Below, one piece after another: positions 1 through 11,869 of a stretch of 64,000 nt of DNA (the stretch's first letter is position 1; each line of letters begins with the position of its first letter). Origin of the DNA: Lama glama (Eukaryota); contig CM052818.1 of the NCBI GenBank assembly GCA_028534125.1, positions 20,214,001 to 20,278,000 on the forward strand, given 5' to 3'. The notes beneath the pieces were generated by a model. The model worked only from the letters and a program-made list of their open reading frames with translations, did no database searches and was not told the DNA's origin. The position numbers and the translations under genes were made by a program.

Positions 1-304
1 TAGGAGTTCAGTTTGTCTTTATAGCTGTTTACCCAGGTATATTATCTCAAGGCAAACAGGGCTTCAAGTGGCTTGTCTTAACTCTCTGGGTTGTCCTTGT
101 CTCCCAACAATTCAGTATTTGTCAAGTTCTTTGATGTTTCTAAGATAATATTTAAAAAAAAATTATCTTGCTTCTTCAGCTATTCTCAGCAGGAGGGTAG
201 GCTGGAGATACTGGCTCCAGCATGATCAGAGGGGAACTCTTATACTTTGTGATTTGTAAGCTTCATGAATGCCTCATCTATTAAACAAGAAAACTTTAAA
301 AAAT

Positions 305-2680
305 AGAGATTCCACTTCTGGTTTCCCATTCTGCATGTAAGGAGTTTGGAAATTGCCACTCAGTTCTAACAACAAGTAAACAGTGGAACAAACTGAAAAA
401 TCAATTCTTCTTGGATTCACAAGATAGGTGAGGACACAGGGCTGCCCAATGCCCACAGATTAGAGAGACAGACAGGTAAATACAGGGAATCTCTGCTTCC
501 CAGAGTAGACAGTCATGGATGGAAACCATAATGAGAACCAATGCTGGGGTGGAAAAGCCTGAACTGTAATTGAGAAATTGCTGGAGGCTCAGTGCAGACA
601 ACTCTGAGGGTTAAAAAATCCAAGGGGACTCAGCCATGAAGTAATCCCAGACTTTTGTAAATTTTATCTCCAGGAACTTGACCAGGTTTTCATAGTAAAT
701 ATCAGAGAAAAACAATATAGATTAGAATTTCTGATCTACATAAAGAAAGGAGAATACTGAAGAAGGAATAAGTGAAAGTAATATAAAAATTTTTATCTTT
801 CTTATTCTTAATAGAACTAACAGATAAAACAGTTCAAAATCAAATCAAATACATATATATATGTACATTCATTATACTTACATATAAGTGAAATGAATAA
901 CAGCAATGATATGAGGGATGAGAAGGAGAAAACAGGACTATTTTGTTATAATCTGGTTCTCATACTACCTGTGAAGCAGTAGTGTTATTTAGAAGTGGAC
1001 TTAGATTAGCTGTAAATGTATATTGCAAACTCTAGGGCAACCACTAAAAAAAATCACACACACACACACACAAGGTTATGCTAAAAAAGGAAATTAAAAT
1101 AAAATAAAATAATATAAAATGCTCAATTACGAGCACAAAAAACAGAAAATGAATAGAAGGCAAAGATAGGGACAAAGAACAAAGGAAACAAATAGAAAAC
1201 AGTAGCAAATATGGTAGCTATTAATCCTACTATATCAACAGTCACTAGGAACGTTAATGATCTAAATGCACCAGTTAAAAGAGATTGTCAGAGTGGATCA
1301 AAAAAAACAAGACTCAACTATATTTTTATTTAAAAGAAAGCCTTGTAAAATGAAAAGACATAAATAGATTAATAATAAGTGAATGGAGAAAAGTATACCA
1401 TGCTAACACTAATCAAAAGCAAGCAGGAATAGTTACATTAAGTTAGAGAGAGCGCACTTCAAAGCAGGGAAAGTTACAGGGATAAAGAGGTACATTACAT
1501 AATGATAAAGGGATCAGCTCTCCAAGAAAATATAACAATCCTTAATGTGCATGCACCTAAAAACAGAGCAACAAACTATGTAAGGCAAAAATTAATAGAA
1601 CTGCAAAGAGAAATGGGAGAATCCTCTATGCTAGTTGAAGACTTTGACACCTGTCTATCAGAAATGGACACACCCAGCAGGCAGAAAATCAGTAAGAATG
1701 TAGGTGAATTCAACAACACTACCACTCAACTGGATATAATGGCCATCTATAGACTACTTTATCCAACAACAGAACACATTCTTCTCAAGCCCACATGAAA
1801 CATCTGCCAAGACAGACCAGATTCTGCACCATGAAGCACAACTTAACAAATTTAAAAGAATAGAAATCATACAATGAATGCTCTCAAACTACAATGGAAT
1901 TAAACTATAAATCAATTATAGAAAGATAACTGGAAAATCTCCAAATATCTAGAGATTAAATAACACATTTTTGAATAACACGAGTCAAAGAAAAAATCTT
2001 GAGAGAAATTTTAAAATATTTTTAACTAAATAAAAATGAAAACCCAGATATCAAATTTGTGGGATGCAGTGAAAGCATCGCATTCAGGGCAATTTATTAA
2101 ATGCATATATTAGAAAGAACAGGGAATGCTAAGAATGTTGAACACTTTGAATAAACTCGTAGAATAATATAAATGGCAATAACTGATTCCTGAAGAAAAA
2201 TTTAAATAAATAAATAAACCAACGAAAATAAAAGAAGATGAACCAGTAACCAAAGCCTCCTTCTCTCAAAAGACACCAGGTCCAGATAGCTTTATAAGGA
2301 CCAATGCATAGAAAAACATACAATTTGTTTCAGATACAGAAAGAGAAAAAAAGCTATCCAACTTATTTTACCAAGTACATTAGTCAGATATTGCTGATAG
2401 TGCCATGAAACAAATAACACCTCAAATCTCAGTGATTTGCAATTATTTCTTACTTTTTTGTCTATGGTCACTATACACCATATAGTTATATCAGTCAAAA
2501 TAGAAAACATATTAATGAAATCCAACACTCACTACTGCCAAAACAAACAAACCAGGCCTCATAGCAAACTTATAGTAGAAAGTAACATGAAAAGAGACAG
2601 CTTTCAAAAATCTATAGCAATCATTATACTTAATGTGAACGCTATAGATTTCCAGTTAAATCAGGAGCAAATCAAGAGTG
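305..2680 (+). mobile_element. Old L1M (L1MC/MD-like) remnant with degenerate ORF2 endonuclease region and internal deletions
   Basis: ORF 1502-1798 (MIKGSALQENITILNVHAPKNRATNYVRQKLIELQREM...SRQKISK...QLDIMAIYRLLYPTTEH) is recognisable L1 ORF2 APE-endonuclease sequence; A-rich flanks with typical L1 text (aaagaatagaaatcatac, aatttgtgggatgcagtgaaagca, ccaggtccagatagcttta); frameshifts and stops throughout. Confidence 0.85.
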
Positions 2681-3173
2681 TCCCTTCTACTCTTTCAGGT
2701 TCTGGGGCTCGTCTAAGAATGACACTGACATAAGACACATTAACTGGAGGAAAAAACCACAATTTTAATTATACTAGTACCTAAAACAGGAGCCCCACAA
2801 AAATATAGGACTCAAAAGGCACAGGCGATTGTAGATCATCCTGAGCTAAGGAAAGGGACAGGGGCCTGGGGCTTCTGGGGGGAGAAGGCAGACCGGGAAG
2901 GTGAGAGGGGGAAATGTTAAGGAATGCTGAGTTTGCCCTGCTCTGCAGTCTCTTAGGTAGAAAAAGTTACCTCTGGTAGAGTCTTTCCTCCGAGTACTGA
3001 GAGGGGCCACCCCCAAAAATGGAGATTTCCTTTACAAATGTAAACTTCCCTGTAACAGAGCAACTTCTGATTTTAGAGCTTCTCCTGTGTCTACAATTTC
3101 TCAAAATAATCAGCCCCCAAAGATCTTCGTGCCCAAGAGGTATATTTGGGGTGGCCGATTCTGCCCCCCGTCA
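2680..3173 (-). mobile_element. ERV1-class solo LTR (MER34/MER39-like), truncated at one end
   Basis: Minus strand starts TGACGGGGGGCAGAATCGGCCACCCCAAATATACCTCTT...GATTATTTTGAGAAATTGTAGACACAGGAGAAGCTCT, resembling the 5' end of MER34/39-type LTRs. Confidence 0.6.
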
Positions 3174-6100
3174 TGCCTCCTCCCCTCCACTCCCCCTCGC
3201 TCTGAACATCTACAAAATAAACTGAGGGTTTAGAAGGATTAGTTTATCTTGATAGGAAGAGGAGCTGATTCCCCAGGCCCAATTTTCCTGGGAGGTTTTA
3301 ACTCCAGCCAAGCACCTGGCCTGCCCTGGCAGGATATTTTCTCCACCTCTCAGAGATGGCTGGGGACTGCAATGCCTCTCTGGGTGAAATAAAAAGGCAG
3401 AATAAAGAATTAAAATATTAAAAAAAAACTAACTAAAAAAGAAAAGTCCAAGAACAACAGGAAGCTGATCAGGAAGTTCCCACAGAAGATGAAAATATTT
3501 GAGAGTCGTGCTGAGAGCAGAGGCTGAGGGCAGAGGGCATTTCAGGGATACACAGCCATGGTGGTGGTGGTGGTGCCACCCAAGCCTCTACCACTCCTTC
3601 TCCTTTTGCAACATGGCCCTGCCCACTCCCAGGGGCCCCAGGCACACCTGCACTTAAACAGGCACATGAGCATCATTCTATTTCCACGACCTACCATTTA
3701 GGTTAACACACAGCCAGCCAGAATCTGATTTTGTCTTCCCAATCAGTGAAAAGTCTTCTATCTGAATTACCACATGTTCATACAGGCCCATCTGTTTGTT
3801 CCAAAGTTCCCGGACTGCTGGTGTCACAGCTCGTTTTACAGATGGAAAAGCCGGAGCAGGAAGAAGAATCAATGGTATCCAATCAGGGCCCCACTGTCTC
3901 TGGTCTGTGGTGGAACCAGGAAACCAATGTTCAAACAGAGGAGGGATTCCCTGTACCCTCATCTACCACACAGAAGTAAAAGTGCTCCATCTCTTACACC
4001 CTCCTGAATCTGCCTTTCCCATTCCCAAGAGTAACATCAACCCAGCAACGATGTCTCACATCCCAGACATTTAGGGTGGCCCAGACCTCCACCGCCGACA
4101 TGCACCATTGAGGGTGGAACCTTAGACACCACCTAGGCACATCAGCCTGTGGCAGAGGAATGCGGAAGACCCTGGCCTGGTGATGTGACCAACCCAAGGT
4201 CACCCAGCAAGTTGGAGACAGCACTAGGGCTTCAGACAAGGCTTCTCCTTTCCTTCCCCTGCCACTCACAGTCTGGTTAGAGCTGCACGCCTGGGGCCTG
4301 CCCCCTCCCACAGGCCATGGGGTCTGTGAGGACTGAGCTGGGCTCAGAGCACCTGGTCCTCTGGAGAAGCCCGGAGGTGGCAATTATGAATGGATGAGGA
4401 GGCAGGCAAGCATTCGAGTCTGGTCTGTGGCCAGGCTTAGAAAGCTTGTGTTAAAGGTTAGTTTCTGAGAAGGTCAAGGTTAAAGGGTGAGCCTGGAGCC
4501 AGGATGGGGAAGTCAATCATAGGGAAAGGCTAGCAAGTTGGGCTTCGTTCGGGGTCAGCCAAGGTCTGACGGGGTTTACAGGTCAGTCTGGCCGGGATGA
4601 GAGGTCAGCCTTTGGATAGGGTGAGGTCTCCATCCATGGTCAGTATTTGCTCCTTGCAAAGCTAGTCAGCCTCTGTGGGGCTTCACGGTGCATCCCTGGA
4701 ACCCTGAGCTCTCTCGCCAGGTCCGGAATGTTCAGTGTCCTGAGGGGGGGATGAAGTCAGCTCTGGCTCCAGGAGCACAGAGGCTCATGGGTGGCACCAA
4801 GGCTCACACTCTCGGGGCTGGGGGTTGGGGTGACCTTGCTTCTAGGGCGTCTCCTCAGCAGCTGGCCTGGGACACAGACCCTGCATGAAGACACAGGGAC
4901 TAAAAAGACTTCAGACCCTTGGAGGCATTTCCTGTTTTCCAGTGAACTGAAAACCCGGCTTCCTGCTTAGAACAGTCCATAGGGATGGTTTCTTTTTTTG
5001 GTGGTGGGAGGGGTGTCTGAGGGTGGAGGATGCAGGCTTTGCTGGGCTTAAGGACCTGCTCTCAGGGCCCTGCTGGGAGATGGCACAGGGAGAAGGGTGG
5101 GAAAGGAGACTAAGAGTCCTGGGATGCCTCTGCCCTGTTTCCTGGCTGTGCCTTCCTGAACACTCCCATTTAAAGCCTTTACAGAGAGCAACACAGTCTA
5201 ATTCCAACCAGCAATCATATCATTTCACATGGAGGTGAAATTTCTCTGGAAAGAGGAAGCAAAATAGCATGCAGGACCTGTGTTGGGACAATGACTAGAA
5301 GCCTGGTGGGAAAACTTGGGTCTCTGGTCCCAACTGGATGCAGATATAAATCACAAGCATGCATCTGCCAGGGGTTGCCTGCGTGGCTTAGAGAATTTCC
5401 TGACCTCAAATCCCTCATTTCTCAAACAGGGCACTTGATTACCACTTCTCCGGTGGAATAGTTTCTGGCCAGCCCGTGGCAGGCTCATCGGAGGTCAATC
5501 TCCTTCCCCTCAACTGAGCACAGAGGGCAAGGGGTACCTGGGTAAGAGAACAGAGGAGGCACATCTGTCCCCAAGACAGCCTAACCAGCTCCCCTTCTGC
5601 CAAGAAAATGCTCCCAGTTGCTCCTGCACCTAGGACTCCTCCCCAGACCCTTCCCTCCACCCCCTTCCGCCCCCTGCAGGCACATCCCAGTCTCCTTAGC
5701 AACTCACCCAGCTCTCTTACCTCCTTGGTAGTGATCTGGGGATTTGAGAGAACAGACTCTCCTGCTCAGCCCCGTCCACCTTGCCTGTGGCCTGCTGGTA
5801 TTTATCCTCACTAGGCTAGATTCTATTTGTTCTTCTTCCCCTGCCTGGGATCACCCTAGAACCCCCTATCCCATCCCAACAGCCACATGAGATACACAAT
5901 AAACACCCCCTTGCACAGCTGCCATGGGTGGAGTGGAAAGACGGAGCCATTTAAGAAAGGATATTAACAGGAACCACAATTTTTAAGGAGGTACTGACCA
6001 GGTCGTGGCACTCTTGATCTCAACCCCAGCTCTGGAGGGGGAACTGCTAAGTGGGAGGGCTAGGAGGGAGGATGGGGAGGGGCTGCTGGGTCCAGCTCTT

Positions 6101-6457
6101 GTTCTGACTTGATCAAGTGTGTTTTGTGTCACTACTCTTCGCCTCTTAGAACAGTGCCCACCAGGATAGGCCCTCAGGAGGGGGACCTCCTTAGAGCAGC
6201 TGAAGTGGATGGAGGCAGAGTCATTGGCTCACATCACCAGGCAGGACAGGGACCTCGCTGAGGCCCACAGCTCACCTGAGCGTTACACTCCCACTGGCCA
6301 CGGTCCCTCCTCCCTCCTAGTCCTTCTCCTTTAGGGGTCTCTCTCCCCCCATTCTCCCTCCTGCTCTCTAAATCCAAACCTGGACTTCAGGTTGCTACGA
6401 TGGTGTCTTGTCAAGGGACCAGGCTAGATCATATTTTATTTAACAATAGCTTGATTT

Positions 6458-6601
6458 ATTTTTATTCTTAAAATTTTTTTTGATGGGGGGAGGTAATTAA
6501 GTTTATTTATTAATTTATTTCAAATGGAGATTCTGGGGATTGAATCCATGACCTTGTGCATGCTAAGCATGTGCTCTACCACTGAGCTATACCCTACCCC
6601 C
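6458..6601 (-). mobile_element. tRNA-derived SINE, camelid Vic-1-like
   Basis: Minus strand GGGGGTAGGGTATAGCTCAGTGGTAGAGCACATGCTTAGCATGCACAAGGTCATGGATTCAATCCCCAG (A and B boxes), then A-rich tail; target-site duplication aacaatagcttgattt (6442-6457) / aacaatagtctgattt (6602-6617). Confidence 0.85.
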
Positions 6602-6699
6602 AACAATAGTCTGATTTATAACAAAAACTATTTAGTCCTGTCTGTTCTGGACTTCCATCTGTATCCTTGCTTCAAATCTTAGGGGTGGCCTAGATCTTC

Positions 6700-6895
6700 T
6701 AACACGTTCTATAATTCACTTACTGGTCATGTTTATCGCTTATCGTCTGTCAATATCCTACCCCCACGTAAGTTCTGTAAGGGTACAGATTTTTGTCTGT
6801 TTTGCTTACTGATGTCTAGATGAGTGGCTGGCAGGCAGTTGGAACTCTGTAAACATTTGTGGAATACATTTATAGAATAAATGAGTGAATGAATG
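6700..6895 (+). mobile_element. L2 3' end fragment
   Basis: taagttctgtaagggtacagatttttgtctgttttgcttactgatg...aaacatttgtggaat...gagtgaatgaatg, typical of the L2 tail. Confidence 0.65.
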
Positions 6896-6959
6896 GTTCT
6901 GTCATCTGTCCTGTGTGTAAAACTCTCTGTCCTGCCTGAAAAGCATCTACTGGGTCTGA

Positions 6960-7165
6960 GAGTTGGGGCAACTTACTTTATTTGTAGAATGGGCATAAGA
7001 ATACAACAATTCTATGGGGTTATGAAGACTAAATGAGTTAGGTAATTTCTGAGCCTCAGTTTCCTCATCTATAAACTGGGGATAACCGGAGTATTTATTC
7101 CATGAGATTTTTGTGAGGTTTTAAATAAATGACTTATGTGAAGTACTTAGCAGCATGTCTGGAAC
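6960..7165 (+). mobile_element. MIR fragments (two adjacent)
   Basis: MIR core tctgagcctcagtttcctcatctataaactggggataac...gtgaagtacttagcagcatgtctgg. Confidence 0.7.
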
Positions 7166-8649
7166 AAAGAAGAGAATAACTTGAATGCCTAATAACTGAA
7201 AGGATGATGCACGAAAGGGAAGATTCTACAATTGGTGCCCAGAAAGGGCCTTTTCAGAGCCTCTCACAATAGCCAAAGGCGGCCACCCACTCCACAGTGC
7301 ACAAGGCCTGAGAAGCAGTGATGTTTGCAATAGTTTACTTGGTATTTGGGTCCTAGGACTGAGGCTGGCCTGATCTCCACATTTAGGCAGCGTCTACCTG
7401 ATGGGGAGAGAGCAGGCAGTGAAAGCTGAACCCCACATCCTACACAAAGACAAGGGTGCCTTTACTGAAAGGGAGAGATGGGCTCTCTCAGTGACTGTAC
7501 ATCCTGTGGAGACCATCACACTGCTTTAAAGGACTCCCAGTCTCCTGCTGAGAAATGGAGAGAGGGCTCCTGCAGCACTGCCCAGAAACTCAGCCCTTCC
7601 ATGCCTCCCACAGCTGAGTGGCCGTCCAGAAGACTCTTCTGTGTCCTTTGCCTACTCACGTCCTCCTCCTTCAATGCCCTCTCACCACTGCCTCCTCCAG
7701 GAAGCCTACCTGGATAACTCAAACCTAACCCCTTTCTCTGGTCTTCCTGGGCCTCGTCTGCAGGGCTTTGTCCCTCCTGTCTGCCTTATGCTGCTCTTCT
7801 GCATCAGACCTGTTCTCTTTTCCTGCTGGTTGTTAGTTTGAGGGAAGGGACCTTGCCTTTGCAGCTTGTGTGCCCTTCTTGCCCTAGAGAGAGTCCTTCA
7901 TGGGTGGGGTGTGTCAGGTGCCTCAGGAGTGCCAAGGGGCAGGACACTGGGAGGATGAGGGCAAACAAATCAGAGAGAGAAAAGAGAGGTGGCCCTTGTT
8001 TATACCAAGTCACTTTTCCCCAGGATACAGGTTGCACTCTGATCTAGGGGAGGGTGCCTTAGGGAGGAGGAAGAGTAGCAACAGTACCAAACACTGTGCT
8101 TTGGAAACTTTTATCTCACTGACATTTCAAAACAAGTCTTTGAAGAGTAAGTCTTATCGTTACCATTCTGTAAATGTGGAAATAGATTTAGGAAGTTACA
8201 GTTACCTGCCCAAGGTGAAAGGGCTGAAGCCAACCCTTACTTGGTGAAGACTCCCTAAGCCAATTTTGTGATGCCAACCCCTGGGTTCTTGTGGGTGGGT
8301 CTCAGTAGCTGACAAAGTGGGAAGCTCAACTTCCCTAACAACCTCATGGACCACATTCAGAGACATATACAGACATTTTACTAGCAATCAGGCACAGAAG
8401 AGTCTTGTGGCCATTCTCAAAGCTCCATGAAGTTCCAGCTATGTCTGTTTGGATGTTTCTGATAGTGTCTTGCAGGAAAGGTCCACCCAAGGCAAATGCC
8501 ACTCTACTCCAGCCACAAGACCAGGTTGTCTATGAGAGTAACACAGCCAGGATGCCTCCCACACAGCAGGGAGACACAGGCAGTTTACAGATCCAGCCAG
8601 GGTGCCATCCCTAAGGGTGAAAGACAAAGGCCATCCTAGATTGCGGGGA

Positions 8650-9290
8650 TAATTTTTTACTGCCGTATAATACATATACAGAGAAGTGCACAGATCATGA
8701 GGGGACGGCTCAATGACATCACAAAGTGAATGCACCTGCTTGCCAGTTCAGAAAACTAAACCAACCCCCTGAAAGCCCTTTCATGCTCCCTCCTAGTCAC
8801 TGCCTCTCCTCCTAAGGGCAACCACTAGCCTGATTTCTAACAGCACAGATCATCTATTTTGCATTTTATATACGTGGAATCAAAGTCTGTACTCCTTTGT
8901 GCCTGGCTTCTTAAACTCAACGCGTGTTGTGAGGTTCATCTACATTGTGTGCGGCTGTAAATCATTCATTCTCGGGTCTACCTAGTGTTCCCTTGTGCAA
9001 ATATCTCACAATTCATTTATCCAGTTGATACATTTTATGTTGGGTCAAGGGTATATATATTTGGCTTCAGTAGGTACTGTCAGAGCTTTTCAAAGTAGTT
9101 GTACGACTTTATATGCAAATCTGAAACACTGAAAATTCTGATTGCTCCACTTCCTTTTAGTAAAACTTGATAGGTTTGTCTTTTTGATTTAGTCATTTTG
9201 GTGGGTGTGAAGTGGTATCACAGTTTAATTTAAATTTGTGTTTCTCTGATTACTAGGGAAATTAAAGGCTCTCCATTTTCCGTATATCCT
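8650..9290 (-). mobile_element. L1ME-type 3' end
   Basis: agagaagtgcacagatcat...aaccactagcctgatttctaacagcacagat...tgcctggcttcttaaactcaac...gtgggtgtgaagtggtatc, the antisense L1ME 3'UTR/ORF2 end. Confidence 0.75.
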
Positions 9291-11333
9291 ATTGTGTTTT
9301 GTTTTTCTTTTTAATGTGGAGATTTGTCTTAAAGTATCTTTGCCAATCCACTTATCTCAAACACCACAACTGTTAGCTTTCTGACATCCTTTATGCTAAT
9401 GAACAAGCTACTGGTTTCCTTGAGAATCCTTTTGTAGCATTCTTTATGCTAATAACAAAACCTCCAGGAGCTGATGGGAGATAAAAGGGAGCTGAAGCAC
9501 TTGCAGTACCTTCTGAATAAACACTATTTATTCAATCAGTTGTCCATCCCTGGACGGTGTATTCCTGATTAGGACAGTGGATCATCCTTCAGGTCTAGCT
9601 TACAACCGACTGCACATGGTGTATCACTGTCTAGGCTAAAGAACTTTAAAGTGAAAAACAAACCTCGTGATGAGACTTCTGGCACCTTCTTCCCACTCCC
9701 TCTCTCTGCCACTGTAAATACGATGACAACACCTGCCTTGTGGTTCAGTAATTTTATTGCATGGAGATCTTCAGGCTGCTGGTAACCCAAACACAGGACT
9801 GTACTCAGGTACAAGGAAATAGAGAAGGGCCAATCTTATCACAGATTCCCTTTGCAAGAAATCTGTTAGACCTGCTGTTTCTCAGTTCAGGGGCATAGCC
9901 ACACAGACTGGCTTTCCTGAGCAGCTCTGGAGTCATCTCACCCTTGTGAGACCGGTGGCCACAACTTTCCTGGACTAGGCCTGGCGGTGCCTGGCTTTCT
10001 CAACCAGAACATGACTGGGAGTTGGGGAAGAGCATCCAAACCATGGACTCTGATCAGCAACTGACCTTTCTTACAGCTTCAGTGTAACTCGTGGAGCACA
10101 TAGATTTGAGAGGATGAATTTCCTTGTCTCCAGGACTTTAGAGCTGTCTCTTCTGGACCACTAGGCAAGGGAGGTATAGACTGGTCATACTCATTCAGTG
10201 AAATGCTTGGAGATGTCTTCCGACCTTCCAAGAACGGTATCTTTTAATTCTATTCTCTTGATTTTTATTTCAACTCATGATAAGACAGACATGCTGGTGG
10301 GAAGCTTGCTTCTCCCAGGGTGGTCACTTGCCTAGAAACAGCTGCCTGAATCAGAGAGGAAAATACGCGATAAATACAACCTTCTTCTAGGAGTGGGTCT
10401 GGAGTTCCACGCTCACATCTCCAGGTAGGCAGACGATGTTGCTGGCAGGGTAGGGGATTACTGAGGACCTTCAGGATGATACACCAAAGTCATCAGAGAG
10501 CTTATGAAGTGACATGAGGGATAAAAGGGTGGCAAGTTAGGCCATCCCCTCACCTTCGGATGACAAATAGTAAAACCGCAATCATGTCCATAACTCTTAA
10601 GGAACAGGGAGTTCTAGTGAGTTGATTTCTGGTGTACTCAAGAGCCTACTTGTGAATTTCAAACATTCTTGAAAATTCTATATTGGAGATAGAAGAGGAG
10701 AAGCTGAGCAGGACCAGTGCAACACGAGTGGAGTGTGAGAGAGGAGCCTGGAGTCACCCTGACGGCCGTGGACACTGGCTGAGCAGGGGGCCAGGGCACC
10801 AGCCAAGCATGGAGCCCCGCTGGCCGGTCTGTGACCCAAGTCCAGTCTGCAAGTGGCTCCCAGCCTCACAGGAGCTTCTTGGGCTACAAAGTCCTGAAGT
10901 TCTGAGCAGTTGGTCAGAAACTGAGTCCTGAAGAGGCTTGAATGGGTTGCAGGGAGATTCAGCATTTGCTTCTCCAGGAAGATGAAAGCGAAGAGGTCCC
11001 TGGGTTGCTTGCCCATCTCCCAGCACTCCAAGGCAGCCCCACGCCCAGGCAGCCCAGAGCTGTATCCAGTCTGTTCAGGCCCCCTCTTCACGCTCTGTGT
11101 GGCAGTCCTGAAGCACAGAGGCTGGGATGGGCAAGAGGATTATGCAAATATGGTCATTTGCACCCTTTGTGAATCTTCAAAGGAAAAGAGGAATGTTGAA
11201 ATCACGTTTAGGTTTTGGAATTTGAACTCCCTAATGTACAAAAGGCAATATGCCTCATTAGTGCCACCTTGCCACTCAGTGAGGAGATAAAAATGCTCAT
11301 TGGGACTGAGAAATATGATTTAACATCATCCTA

Positions 11334-11339
11334 TTTATT
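11334..11339 (-). terminator. Distal polyadenylation signal AATAAA
   Basis: tttatt on + strand; several upstream UGUA (CFIm-type) motifs on the mRNA strand at 11381-11384, 11402-11405 and 11465-11468. Confidence 0.75.
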
Positions 11340-11863
11340 AGGTTCTGAAACAATACACATTCACATCCTTTTGAATACAGTACATTTGGCACAATAATGT
11401 TTACAATGAAATAACACTAATGAATGGCAAGAGATTAAAATTACATCCAGAAAGGAAAAAAATGTACAAATAAAGCATCACAATACCAAAAAAAAAAAAA
11501 AATCCCTAAAAGTGAATACCTTTTATATTTAGCCAGAATTATTTTGCACATAATTTAAAAAGAGGTAATGTTTTTAGCCTTCCTTTTTTTTTTTTTAAAG
11601 CAAGAATGCATTGTTTTTTCACCTTTGGAGGAAAAATTGTTTCCACTTCACAAAGTCCTTACTGAGAGAACACAGGAGAACAGCTATCCTTCATATATTT
11701 TTTGGCATTTTTTTTTTTTGCACTCTTCCCTGCTTTTTTTTTTTTTTCAAAGAGAGAAAGAGCTGGAAAGATTAGAAAGAATTGGCAAAAACGTAAGTGT
11801 GTCTGCTTCCAAACTCTTGTGAAAACTAACACGAAACAATGACTACTCAAGGAACACACAAGC

Positions 11864-11869
11864 TTTATT
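11864..11869 (-). terminator. Candidate proximal polyadenylation signal AATAAA
   Basis: mRNA strand reads AATAAAgcttgtgtgttccttgagtagtcattgtttcgtgttagttttc: hexamer followed by GU/U-rich downstream sequence. Confidence 0.55.

Noticed and set aside
1502..1798. 98-aa ORF as a host gene or active retroelement
   Set aside because: Degenerate L1 ORF2 fragment surrounded by frameshifts and stops.
6525..6601. Possible tRNA-Ala gene on the minus strand
   Set aside because: It is followed by a SINE body and A-rich tail, flanked by a TSD, and has a degenerate acceptor stem; it is a SINE head, not a tRNA gene.
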